A stretch of 64,000 nucleotides of DNA from an uncultured delta proteobacterium (lineage in GTDB: Bacteria > Desulfobacterota > Binatia > UBA9968): contig CAVYTU010000017.1 of NCBI GenBank assembly GCA_963771465.1, positions 128,001-192,000 of the forward strand, given 5' to 3'. This document shows positions 19,780 through 30,207 of the stretch, piece after piece. The notes beneath the pieces were generated by a model. The model saw only the letters and a program-made list of their open reading frames with translations, was not told the DNA's origin and searched no databases. How positions within the stretch are numbered: the first letter of the stretch is position 1; every line of letters begins with the position of its first letter. The position numbers and the translations under genes were made by a program.

Positions 19780-20118
19780 TTAATACTCGATCCGTTGTTG
19801 GCGTTGGATATCCTGACGGTTACGATCGATGGTGCTTTGGTTTTGATAAATTTGTTGCTGGTTGTTTTGATACTGTTCCTGCCCCTGCATGTGATCGCCG
19901 ATCAACGCGCCACCGGCGAGGCCAGCGCCTGCGCCGATCGCCGCCCCCATGCCCGGACGGCCGAAAGCTGCGCCGATGAGCCCGCCGGCGGCCGCGCCGC
20001 CGAGGGCGCCGATGCCGGCGCCTTTTTCCCGCGTTGTCAACTGTCCGCCGGCGCATCCCGTTGCGATCGCCGCCGTCAGTCCGAGGGCCGCTACCCAGCC
20101 CGTATTCTTGATTTTCAT
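19780..20118 (-). CDS. Glycine-zipper lipoprotein
   Basis: Lipobox-like ATGC; TTREKGAGIGALGGAAAGGLIG; Q-rich tail. Confidence 0.85.
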   Translation of the reverse strand: MKIKNTGWVAALGLTAAIATGCAGGQLTTREKGAGIGALGGAAAGGLIGAAFGRPGMGAAIGAGAGLAGGALIGDHMQGQEQYQNNQQQIYQNQSTIDRNRQDIQRQQRIEY

Positions 20119-20171
20119 TTTGTCTCCCATTGTTTTGTTCCTTGGTTTCGATGGAGTCGCGAATGGCATAA

Positions 20172-20187
20172 AGCAACTGCGATGCCA
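20172..20187 (-). promoter_or_regulatory. Sigma54 -24/-12 promoter
   Basis: Minus strand TGGCATCGCAGTTGCT fits TGGCA-N6-TTGC(A/T), upstream of the glycine-zipper gene. Confidence 0.75.
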
Positions 20188-20466
20188 GCTAATTTTACGA
20201 AGTAAAAGTCTGTCTTTCCGGCATTGTCGGTGTTTGATCTCGCCGCCAGGCTGCGTAATTACTACCGGCCGGCGGTCAAAATTGTTTGAATCGAATGAGG
20301 AAGCCGGTACGACGCTTCGAGCGGCCGTCGAGCCGACGCAACTCTTGGTAATAATTTGACGCAGGTGGAATTGGCTTGAACTGTTGCGTCAAGCCATTGT
20401 AAGGCTGGGTCGATGTGGTTGTCACAATACCGGCGTTAAAGTCGTCAGGAGTTCTTGGGAGCTCAC

Positions 20467-21453
20467 GTGATCGTCCAATTACGAATCGCCTTCGGACTGC
20501 TGCTTATTACGTTCTGTTCCGCTTCCGTTGCCGCCCAGGAAAAGCCAAAAATCTACCTCGGTGCGTCGAGCAAGACTCTCGGCTACAGCCCGCTTTGGGT
20601 CGCGAGCAAGAAAGGATTCTTTGACCAACAGGGATTGGATGTTCAGCTGGTGCTTTTGCGCGGTGTGCCGATGACCGTGCAGGCGTTGGCGGCGAACTCG
20701 CTTCATTTCGGCTCCGGCGGGCCGGAGCCGTATATCGAAGCGTCGGAGCGCGGCCTCGACTTCATTGTCACCGGTGGGATCATCAATGGCATCGCGCAGT
20801 TTTTGATCGCCGGCAAGAATTACAAAGTTTGGGAGGACTTGCGCGGCGCAACTTTTGGTACCGCGTCGCTAACCGGGGGAACGATTACGGCTTTGCGCGA
20901 AGCTTTGAAGCTCAAAGGATTAGAGTATCCGCGCGATTACAAACTGCTGATCATCGCCGGCGGTTCGTCGGCAAATCTGGCCGCGCTGCAGTCCGGCCAG
21001 ATCGCCGCGACCACGGTTGCGGTGCCGCTCAATTATGCGGCGGAAGAATCCGGCTTGAACGTCATCGGTAGATTGAGCGAAGGTATCCCGCACTTTCAGA
21101 CCAATGCGTTCATCGCGCGCCGTTCTTGGGCGGAGAAGAACCGGCCGACGATGGTGCGCTTCATGAAGGCGATGGTTTTGACCTATCGCTGGATGTTTGA
21201 CAACCGTGACGCCGCAGTGGAATTTCTTGCTAGCGAGATGAAGCTCAAGCTCGTCCACGCTCGCAAGGGCTGGGAGTTCTACACGCAGAATCGCTACTGG
21301 CCGCCGGACGGCGACGTGACGATGGAGGGGCTGAAAAACAATATCCGTATTTACGCGGAGCAGACCGGCGCCAAGACACCCTTGCCGGACGCTGGCAAGT
21401 ATGTCGATCGAAGTTATTTGCTCGAAGCGACGAAAGAATTAGACAAACGTTAG
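20467..21453 (+). CDS. ABC substrate-binding protein (NMT1/SsuA-like)
   Basis: Signal peptide; KGFFDQQGLDVQL; ALQSGQIAAT. Confidence 0.85.
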   Translation: MIVQLRIAFGLLLITFCSASVAAQEKPKIYLGASSKTLGYSPLWVASKKGFFDQQGLDVQLVLLRGVPMTVQALAANSLHFGSGGPEPYIEASERGLDFIVTGGIINGIAQFLIAGKNYKVWEDLRGATFGTASLTGGTITALREALKLKGLEYPRDYKLLIIAGGSSANLAALQSGQIAATTVAVPLNYAAEESGLNVIGRLSEGIPHFQTNAFIARRSWAEKNRPTMVRFMKAMVLTYRWMFDNRDAAVEFLASEMKLKLVHARKGWEFYTQNRYWPPDGDVTMEGLKNNIRIYAEQTGAKTPLPDAGKYVDRSYLLEATKELDKR

Positions 21454-21585
21454 TGTCAAACGCTAGTGAGTACGGAAGTTTTGTAGCTGTGGGTTTTAAA
21501 CCCAACGCTATGCCTTTTGTTGAACTTCGCCCTGCCGGGTGTTACTTCTCAGCGAGCGATCAAAGACTATCGAGGGATTATTTAT

Positions 21586-22374
21586 ATGTCTGATTTCGTT
21601 CTCTTCGAGCAAAAGGGCCATGTGGCGATCGTCACGATCAACCGGCCCGATCGGATGAATGCGCTGGGCCACGACGTGCGCACCGGATTGATCGATGCGT
21701 TTTTGAAAATTCGCCACGAGCCTTCGATCAAGGTCGCCGTCATCACCGGCGCCGGTGACAAGGCGTTTTCTGCTGGCGCCGATTTGAAAGAGCACAACGA
21801 GATATTCCAAAAAAAGGCTTACCGCGTGGGCCCGGACTACGGCGCGCTGGACGAGCCACCGCATTCGAGCCAGATCGTCATCGAGACTTACAAGCCGGTG
21901 ATCGCGGCGGTAAATGGCTACGCGTTGGCCGGTGGTTGCGAGCTGACTCTGGCGTGCGATATTCGCATCGCGTCGGAAAACGCCCGCTTCGGCTTACCCG
22001 AAGCGAAACGCGGCCGTGGCGCCAACTTCGCCACCGTGATGTTGCAGTATTTGATCCCGCGCGGCGTCGCCATGGAAATGCTTTTCACCGGCGAACAAAT
22101 TTCCGCGCAAGACGCGCTGCGCTTCGGCTTGGTCAACCGGGTCGTGCCGCTGGCGGAATTATTGCCAACTGCGGTCGCGCTGGCGGAAAAGATCGCCGAG
22201 AACGCCCCGGTGTCATTGCGTCGCATCAAAGAGTTGTCGGTGAAGTCCATCGGTTCGCCGTTGTTATTTGCTCTCAAGATGGCGCCGGGCCCAAGTCCCT
22301 ATGAAAGTCAGGATGCGCGCGAGGGCGCCAAGGCTTTTGCCGAGAAGCGCTCGGCAACTTTTAAGGGCGACTGA
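21586..22374 (+). CDS. Enoyl-CoA hydratase/isomerase
   Basis: AFSAGADL, AGGCE and GLPEA (both catalytic Glu present). Confidence 0.92.
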   Translation: MSDFVLFEQKGHVAIVTINRPDRMNALGHDVRTGLIDAFLKIRHEPSIKVAVITGAGDKAFSAGADLKEHNEIFQKKAYRVGPDYGALDEPPHSSQIVIETYKPVIAAVNGYALAGGCELTLACDIRIASENARFGLPEAKRGRGANFATVMLQYLIPRGVAMEMLFTGEQISAQDALRFGLVNRVVPLAELLPTAVALAEKIAENAPVSLRRIKELSVKSIGSPLLFALKMAPGPSPYESQDAREGAKAFAEKRSATFKGD

Positions 22375-22408
22375 GAAATATCGTGACCGTCATCTCAAGG
22401 AGAGAGGC

Positions 22409-23572
22409 ATGAGCAATTATCCGAAAGTTCTTTTGACAGAAGAAGGCATGCGCGACGGTTTGCAGATCGAGCGCGCGGATATTCCGGTTGACGCCAAGAT
22501 TCAGCTCCTCGATATGTTGTCGGACACGGGTCTTAAGGAAATCGCCGTTGGCTCCTTCGTCAGTCCGCGCTGGGTGCCGCAAATGGCCTGCGTCGAAGAG
22601 TTGGTCCAGCGCTTTCATCCCAAACCAGGCGTGACTTATACGGCCACCGCGCTTAACGACATGGGTCGTGAGCGATTGAAAAAATACTGTCCGCCGCTGT
22701 CGGACTACAAGTATGAGGCGCAGACGGCGGTTTATCTTTGCGACGTGTTCGCCCAGCGCAACATCAACCGCACCATCGCGCAGCAGATGGCGCGCTGGCC
22801 CAAGGCGATCGAAGATGCCAAGAGTAAAGGTGCGAAAGAGGCGGGTATCAGTATCAGCGCGGCGTGGGGCTCCAACTGGACCGGCGAGGTGTCGGAAGCC
22901 GATCGCATGAAAATGTTGGAGCAGCAGTATCAGCTTTGGCAAGAAGCGGGGATACCCGTCACGAAAATCGGCATCTCCGATCCGATGGGTTGGAATATGC
23001 CGGATCAAGTCGAGCATCAGTTGGCAACGATCAAGAAACGCTGGCCGTCGATCAAGAGTTTTAATTTGCATCTGCACAACACGCGTGGCATGGCGCTGAC
23101 GTCTTCTTATGTCGCGCTGCGCGCTCTCGATGCCAGCGACACGTTGAGCTTACAGCCGGCCATCGGCGGTATGGGCGGCTGTCCGTTTTGTGGCAACGGC
23201 CGCTCGGCCGGTCTGGCGCCGACGGAAGATCTGATTCATATGATGGAAGGCCTGGGCATCGATACCGGCGTTGATTTGGAAAAACTGATCGAGGCGGTAT
23301 GGTTCGCGGAAGAAATCGTCGGCCATCCGCTTTGGGGTCATGTGTCGAAAAGCGGCCCCCGGCCGACCGGCAAAAAACTTTACGCCATGGATATGCCGTT
23401 TGTCGAAACACTCGATCACGCGCGCCACTTCATCAAGGGCGCCGAGGCCTATAAAGGCGCGCCGTCGCCGTGGAAAGAAACGATCAAAAGCCCGCAGCGG
23501 CCGGATAGCACGAACGGCGATGCGGCCAACGTGACACCAGCGCAGAGCGGCGAGCGCTGGTTGCCGTTGTAA
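22409..23572 (+). CDS. HMG-CoA lyase/citramalyl-CoA lyase-like DRE-TIM protein
   Basis: EEGMRDGLQ, GSFVSPRWVPQM, HLHNTRG, GGMGGCPFC, PTEDL. Confidence 0.85.
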   Translation: MSNYPKVLLTEEGMRDGLQIERADIPVDAKIQLLDMLSDTGLKEIAVGSFVSPRWVPQMACVEELVQRFHPKPGVTYTATALNDMGRERLKKYCPPLSDYKYEAQTAVYLCDVFAQRNINRTIAQQMARWPKAIEDAKSKGAKEAGISISAAWGSNWTGEVSEADRMKMLEQQYQLWQEAGIPVTKIGISDPMGWNMPDQVEHQLATIKKRWPSIKSFNLHLHNTRGMALTSSYVALRALDASDTLSLQPAIGGMGGCPFCGNGRSAGLAPTEDLIHMMEGLGIDTGVDLEKLIEAVWFAEEIVGHPLWGHVSKSGPRPTGKKLYAMDMPFVETLDHARHFIKGAEAYKGAPSPWKETIKSPQRPDSTNGDAANVTPAQSGERWLPL

Positions 23573-23607
23573 TTTCTATTCGCACGCAAAAAAATCATGG
23601 GAGATTC

Positions 23608-23753
23608 CGTCATGCCGGCGAAAACCGGCATTCAAGTGACTGTCGGCGTCCGTCATACCGTTGGAAACGGTATCCAGGATTCGGGAATGAGGATGGACCC
23701 GGTTTTCGCCGGAGTGCCGATAAAGCCTTGATTCCCACGTTCGCGGGAATGAC
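23608..23753. repeat. Cluster of four REP-like palindromes (CGTCAT...ATCCA family), two forward and two reverse
   Basis: Units at about 23608, 23651, 23694 and 23728, each a short hairpin; same family as 27034-27122. Confidence 0.75.
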
Positions 23754-23817
23754 CATCGGCAATTACGAATAACAATCGATCTATTTTTTAGTGAATAATT
23801 CATCGGAGGTAATTTTT

Positions 23818-25911
23818 TTGTCCGATCCAAGAGTCGGTTTACTTTTCGATCCCAAATCCGTCGCCATCATCGGCGCCTCGGCGGATCTCGCCAAGGCGTC
23901 CGGTTTGCCGCTACGTAACATCGTCAACTCTAAATTTACCGGTAAGATTTATCCGGTCAATCCGCGCGCTAAAGAAATCAGCGGGCTTACTTGTTATCCC
24001 ACGGTCACCGACCTACCCGAGCCGCCTGACGTGGCGATTTTCATGATCGACGCCAGGCTCACGGCGCCGATCATGGAAGAGTGCGGCAAAAAAGGCGTCA
24101 AGACTGCCATCATCGGCTCTGCCGGCTTCAGCGAAGACGGCGCCGAAGGGCAAGCCCGTCAAGACGAGGTAAGTGAAATCGCCAAGCGCTACGATGTTCG
24201 GGTTTGCGGACCCAACTGTCACGGCACATTCAACGTCTATAAAAATATTCCCTGCGGTTACGATCATTCTTATGCTTTGCCGATCAAGCCGGGACCGGTG
24301 GCGATTGCGTCACATAGCGGCGCTTTGCTCGGTGTCATCGGCCATCGCGCCGTGCAAGCCAACCAGGGCTTCAGTTACATGGTCAGCAACGGCAATGAGA
24401 TGGATTTGGATCTGTGCGACTTCACCGAGTTCTTCCTCGCAGACGACAACACTAAAGTCGTCGCCGTGCTCATGGAAAGTCTAAAAAATGGGCCGCGATT
24501 CTTACAACTCGCCGAGCGCGCCCACGACATGGGTAAAACCATCGTCGTGCTCAAAGTCGGCAAGTCGGAGCGCGGCGCGATCACGACCATGGCGCACACC
24601 GCGCGCATGGCCGGCTCGGGAGAAGTCTACGAAGCGGCGTTTCGTCAGTACGGCGTGATTTCCACCGACACGGTGGAGGCTTTTCTCGGTACGGCGCAAT
24701 TTGCCGCGCACCAGCCGGTGCCGCGCGGCGGGCGGCTGTTCGTCATGACTTCGAGCGGCGCCGGCGCGAGTCTTATGGCCGACAAAGCGAGCGAGTACGG
24801 CATCGAGCTTGCCGATATTTCCGAGGCGGCGAAAGCGCGCGTGCCGCAGCGGCGCTCGGCCATTTTGACCAATCCCTTCGACACCGCCGGCACTTCGCGC
24901 GCTCCGGGATTTCTCGCTGCCGTGTGCGACGCCTTCGCCGAAGACAATGCCAACGATTGTATGCTCATGTTCATGGGGCCGCTCGCCGTCCGCCACGAGT
25001 ACGGCCGACAATTTGCCGCGGCTGCTGAAAAGCACCGCAAGACCGCCGCGGCGATCATCAATCTTTCCGAAACCGACATGCGCGATATCTTTCAGGAGAA
25101 ACATATTCCCGTCTACGACGCGGCAACCGATGCTTGTTTCCGGATGCTGCGCGGTTATATCGACTACGGGCAGTTTCTTGAGCGGCGCAAAACGGCGCCG
25201 CGGCGTGATTCAGATTCGCAACGCCGCGCGAGCCAGTGTAGAGGCGATTTTGCATGCGCATCGCGGCGCCAAGATGCTGCCGGCGGGTGGCAACCGTCGA
25301 GTTGTTGAACGCTTATGGATTTGAATGCGCGAGATCGATTCTCGTGAAATCGATCCTTGAAGGGAAAACCGCCGCCACCGCAAAAATTGGCTATCCGGTG
25401 ATTCTCAAAGGGATGGTGCCAAACGTTGCGCATCGCAGCGATGCCGGGTTGGTGAGCGGCAAAATTTCGGACGCCACCGAGCTTGACAAAGAATTTGCCG
25501 CAGCTAGCTGCCAAAGCAAATGCTCTCACCGCAGGATCGACGCCGATCAGCGTCGAGAAGTTTGTCGCGCATGACCTCGAAGTTATTCTCGGAGTGAAAT
25601 ACGACCCAACTTTTGGCCCGGTGATTCTCTGCGGCCTGGGCGGTATTTTTACTGAAGTTTTGCAAGATTTCGCGCTCCGGCTAGCGCCGCTGACAAAAGG
25701 CGACGCCGAGGAAATGCTCGCGGCGCTAAAAGCGTATCCGGTTTTGAAAAAATCCCGGAAGAATGTCGACTTGCTCGTCGACGCATTGCTGCGCCTATCG
25801 GAACTCGCCGTGACGTTAAACGGCAAGATTCAAGCCGTGGACATCAATCCCATCGGCCTCGGTGGCGAATCGGCTCAAGCGATCGTATTGGATGCTAAGG
25901 TGCACTTGTAG
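23818..25911 (+). pseudogene. ADP-forming acyl-CoA synthetase (acetate-CoA ligase family), three apparent frameshifts
   Basis: SVAIIGAS, YPVNP, GPNCHG, VSNGNE, AHTARMAG, NPFD; ATP-grasp part (GYPVILK, DPTFGPV, DINP) in shifted frames near 25220, 25285 and 25500. Confidence 0.85.
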
Positions 25912-25933
25912 ATCGATTGGAGATGGATGCACC

Positions 25934-26981
25934 ATGAAATCATCGTTAAGCTTTTTTTGCCGGTTGTACACTGGCGGTCGCAATCGCGGCTCCATTGCGT
26001 GTCGAGGCGCAGAACGAGGCCGACTTCAAAGGCAAGACGATTCGGATCGTGATCGGCACCAGTACCGGCGGCGGTGTCGATCTCTATGCGCGGTTGGTCG
26101 GTCAATTTCTCGGCAAACACTTGCCGGGTGAGCCGCTCATTATCCCGCAGAATATGCCCGGCGCCAGCTCCGTGGTCGCGGCTAATTATGTTTACACAGT
26201 CGCCAAGCCGGACGGCTTGACCCTCGGCGCTTTGCAGGGCGGCGCATTTTTCGACCAGATCCTCGGTCACAACACGGTAAAGTTCGATTGGTCAAAATTC
26301 ACCTGGGTGGGATCGCCGGAACGGTTGGAGGCGCAACTCTACATGCGCGCCGACAGTCCGTACAAAACCCTCGACGACATTCGGCGCGCCAGCGAACCGC
26401 CCCGTTGCGGCGGCGCCGGCACCGGCGCGACAGGCTATTTCGTGCCGAAAGTATTGGAAGAGACGCTTGGACTGAAATTTAAAACCGTGACCGGTTATCA
26501 AAGCGGCGGCGAGATCGATATCGCCGTCGAGCGCGGTGAATTGCATTGCCGCGCCTTCGACATCGGCAGCTTTGTCGGCCGCGATCCAACTCGCACTTGG
26601 TTCAAGAATGGTTTCGTCAAGAGTCTGCTGCAGACCGGACGCAAACGCGACGCGCGTTTAGGCGACGTGCCGACACTCTACGAATTGATGGATAAGCAAA
26701 AAACTCCGGACTCGCTTCGGCGCATGGCGAGCGTGGTTTTGTCCTCTGGAGGATTCGGTCGGCCCATGGTGGCGCCGCCAGGGATGGCTAGCGAAATGGC
26801 GCGCGTGATTCGCGACGGCTACGGTAAAATGTTGAAGGACCCAGAGTTCATCGCCGAAGTGAAGAAGCGACGCTACGATCTTGAACCGGTGTCCTGGGAA
26901 GAAATGCAAAACTTAGCCAAGGAAGTCACCAGCCAGCCGGCCGAGGTGATCGAGCGGGTGAAGAAGATTCTGGAGAATTAA
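25934..26981 (+). CDS. Tripartite tricarboxylate transporter substrate-binding protein (Bug/TctC); signal peptide frameshifted in a T7 run
   Basis: GGGVDLYAR, QNMPGA, KPDGLTL, ERGE; removing one T near 25955 restores MKSSLSFFAGCTLAVAIAAPLRVEAQ. Confidence 0.85.
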
Positions 26982-27033
26982 TCGGTTACGAATCATTCTG
27001 ATTTTGCTAGTAAATTCGCCGTCGACATCCAAT

Positions 27034-27122
27034 CCGTCATACCCGCGAAAGCGGGTATCCAGTCTTTTTTCGCACTTAACCTAACAAGAGAACTTGGATT
27101 CCCGCGTGCGCGGGAATGACGG
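27034..27122. repeat. Inverted REP pair (REPIN-like) between convergent genes
   Basis: CCGTCATACCCGCGAAAGCGGGTATCCA ... TGGATTCCCGCGTGCGCGGGAATGACGG. Confidence 0.8.
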
Positions 27123-27179
27123 AGGTCGAGCAAAGTGAAAGGTTGCTTCGAATTGCTCGTTATCAAGCCGAAAGGGTCA

Positions 27180-28346
27180 TTATCCCTTATGTGCGCGAAT
27201 AATATTCTGCCCTAAGCGCCAGCGCAGCACTTCGTTGGCGCCTTCGGTGATACGCGTGCTGCGGATTTGCCGGTACCACCATTCCAGCGGTAGTTCTTTC
27301 ATCAAACCTAAACCGCCGTGCACCTGGATGGCGCGGTCGACCACGCGGCTCGCCATCTCCGTCGCCATCACTTTGACCATGTAAGACAGATCGCGCACGT
27401 CTTCGCCGCGATCGACTCTCCAGGCGCATTCGTAGACCATATTGCGCACGGTGTGTATTTCCATTGCCGAGTCGGCGATCATGAATTGGATCGCCTGGCG
27501 GTCGGCGAGCGGGCGGCCGAAGGTCACGCGCACTTTGGAATATTCGACCATCATGTCGAGACAACGCGAGGCGATGCCCACCGGGCGCGCGCCGTGGCCG
27601 CGGATGCGTCCTTCGCCGATCCACTTTTGCGCGATGGAAAAACCGCCGCCCACTTCGCCGATGACATTGTTCGCCGGCACGCGCACGTTGTCGAACACCA
27701 GTTGCCAGGGCGCTTCGCCCATCATCGCCGGCCACTGTCGCTCGAGCAGCACGCCGGGACTCTTCAGATCGACGGCGAAGCAGGTGATGCCGCCGCGCGC
27801 TTTCTTTTCTAAATCGGTAACGGCCATCAACTGCGCGTAATCGGCGCGGCCGGCAGCGGTGATAAATCGCTTGGTGCCGTTAATAATGAATTCGTCGCCG
27901 TCGCGCACGGCTCGGGTACGCATGTTCGCCGGATCGCTGCCGGCGTCGGGCTCGGTTTGGGCAAAGCAAAACTTTAACTCGCCGCTGAGGACCGGTTTGA
28001 GAAATCTCTCTTTCTGTTCATCGCTACAATAGAACAGCACCGGGCGCACTTCCGGACCGAACAGTTCGAGACTGCGAAAGGGCAGCGACGCCGCCCGGGC
28101 GATTTCCTCGTGAATGATGCAGCGCGGCAGCAGGCCAAGTCCCGCGCCGCCGTACTCAGACGGCACATCGAGCATCCACAAGCCCATCGCTTTGGTTTTC
28201 TCCTGCAGCGGCTTGAGTAAATGTTCCGGCATAGGCCCTTCGCTGTCGTGCCGGTATTCGCGCTCCAGCGGAATCAGCTCTTTGTCGACGAAGCGGCGAA
28301 CCGTGTTGCGGAGGATTTGTATTTCTTCGGGTAGGTTAAAGTCCAT
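27180..28346 (-). CDS. Acyl-CoA dehydrogenase
   Basis: FAQTEPDAGSD, NGTKRFIT, RVTFGRPL, AIQVHGG, RITEGANE. Confidence 0.95.
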   Translation of the reverse strand: MDFNLPEEIQILRNTVRRFVDKELIPLEREYRHDSEGPMPEHLLKPLQEKTKAMGLWMLDVPSEYGGAGLGLLPRCIIHEEIARAASLPFRSLELFGPEVRPVLFYCSDEQKERFLKPVLSGELKFCFAQTEPDAGSDPANMRTRAVRDGDEFIINGTKRFITAAGRADYAQLMAVTDLEKKARGGITCFAVDLKSPGVLLERQWPAMMGEAPWQLVFDNVRVPANNVIGEVGGGFSIAQKWIGEGRIRGHGARPVGIASRCLDMMVEYSKVRVTFGRPLADRQAIQFMIADSAMEIHTVRNMVYECAWRVDRGEDVRDLSYMVKVMATEMASRVVDRAIQVHGGLGLMKELPLEWWYRQIRSTRITEGANEVLRWRLGQNIIRAHKG

Positions 28347-28418
28347 ATGGGTCTCTCTTAGAATAAATGATTTGTCAGTTTGTAGCTCATGCAGTCCATT
28401 GTCAGCAAGTTTTCAGCC

Positions 28419-28973
28419 TTAATTGTTACAAAGCTTGAGTGTCCTTACTGTAGTTTCCAATGCCCATACCGTCGTCGCGTGCTGCCAATCGCCCGTGATT
28501 AGCAAGGAAACAGCATGTTTCTTGTCATAAACCATCATGTAATTCATGCCCATTGGCGGCATATTTCCTGATGGCAAACGGTAATAGGCGTTTGTTTTCA
28601 GGTCGTAAGTGTAGGTGCTACTGGATAGGGCGCCGGCAGGGCGGTTGGAACCGTTGCGCGGATTATCGACAACTAAGAGAAAAACACCTCGAACTTCGTC
28701 GAATGCCATTGGGAAGGATTGGCTCTTAGGGAGGCTATCGCCTTGTGGAATTCTTTTCTCCCATGTCCCCGGTGATCCGGATGCAATTGCTGACGTGTAG
28801 AGCCAAATCTCATTTATGCTTTGATATTCTCCAAAGACGGCGATTTTTTTATTGATCGTGTCGTATTCCATATTGTGATGAATGCTGTGATGGGTTTCCC
28901 GTGTTGCTAGTTTCCATTCGTCACGATTAGGGCCGATTTCCCAAACCCCTCCGCCGTGATATCCGATGATCAC
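28419..28973 (-). pseudogene. C-terminal fragment of a beta-propeller (Kelch-like) protein
   Basis: Repeating MEYD/MAFD/MVYD strands with W spacing; AT-richer; 5' end abuts the RHS remnant. Confidence 0.45.
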
Positions 28974-29009
28974 AACTCAGAGCGACGGCAATCAAATCAT
29001 TTGCTTAAA

Positions 29010-29688
29010 CGTACGACAAGGTTGGGAATCGGAAATCCAAAGCCGACAACGCCGGAACGGCGGACTACACCTACGATGTTTTAAACCGCCTCACCCAAGC
29101 GGTTAACCCGCTGCCGACCAATCCGCTGGAGACGTTCACTACGATCTGGTCGGCAACAGAACCAACTTCAATCAGAACGGCGCGTCGATCTTCAACATAG
29201 CGAACCAATTGTTGGAAGACGCCAACTTTACTTCCCAATACGACAACAACGGTAATATGACGATGAAGACGGCGAAGGTTGGCGCAGCCGTCACGAACTT
29301 TGAGCACGACGCCGAGAACAAGCTGGTTCGCGTCGTGTCGCCAAGTAACACCGCGAACTATAAGTACGACGGTTTAGGACGAAGAGTCGAAAAGCAAGTG
29401 ATTGCGGGCACGACGACGGTCACCAAATACGTCTACGACAACGAAGACATCCTGCTCGAACTGAATGGCTCCAATCAAATCGTCGCCCGTTACACCCATG
29501 GCCCCGGCAAGAATGATCAATGGGTACAAGACATTATCAAGAAAGAAGCACCGGTATATTTGGCATCTCCAACTCAGCTGTGGGATGCTGTAAATAATAG
29601 ACCGACAGTTCTCGCACGAGAAATTCAACAACTAGAGTCCGCCGGTTATAAGCAAATCGGCGATTATCCGGTTCCGCCAGGATGGTAG
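29010..29688 (+). pseudogene. RHS/YD-repeat remnant fused to a short toxin-like C-terminal tip
   Basis: TYDKVGNR, YTYDVLNRL, YDLVGNR, YDNNGNM, YKYDGLGRR, ARYTHGPG, then an abrupt 59-aa tail; frameshift near 29138. Confidence 0.8.
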
Positions 29689-29697
29689 GCCGGCGAT

Positions 29698-30200
29698 ATG
29701 AACAAACTTGAAGAGACAATAGGATTATTGCAAGAATTGGACGCTGCAAAGGTCCCAGGGTATGGAGCAAGTAAAATACCTGATGAGATCGACGAAAAAA
29801 TTACAAGAACATTGAAGAGCTACCTCGAACTTAACGAATAGGAAAAAAAGGAACTTAGGGGAAAAGTCATACGTGAGCACAAGTTTGTATTTCTGGCGTT
29901 CGCGGAACGAATGGCATCGTTAGCGATCCGGGCGAAATCACAAGAGCCATTGAGCGTAGTCATGATGGCGATGTTCTTACAAATAGATGTCGGCGATGTG
30001 AGGGAAGACATTGTGATTCTGATTCTAACATATGCAGCAGCACACAAATTTGGGCTCGATCCACGATCTGTATTCATGGAATCTGCTCGACAATTCGGAT
30101 TGAATGATACTTCTGGTTTGGAGGCGTTTCTCAAAAGATCAGATGAAGATAAATCATTAGATTCCATGGGCTACGTCGAAGGGGCGGATCGGTCTTCCAG
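29698..30200 (+). pseudogene. Putative immunity protein with in-frame TAG
   Basis: ATG 29698, 9 bp after the toxin-tip stop; MNKLEETIG...LNE*EKKELRG...RMASLAIR; TAG at 29839, in frame with ORF 29911; 3' end approximate. Confidence 0.55.
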
Positions 30201-30207
30201 ACTTGGT

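Noticed and set aside
23608-23753. CRISPR or tRNA
   Set aside because: Degenerate palindromes in both orientations; no cloverleaf or constant repeat
29839-29841. TAG as pyrrolysine or programmed read-through
   Set aside because: Lies in a decayed islet with no pyl context; a nonsense mutation is simpler
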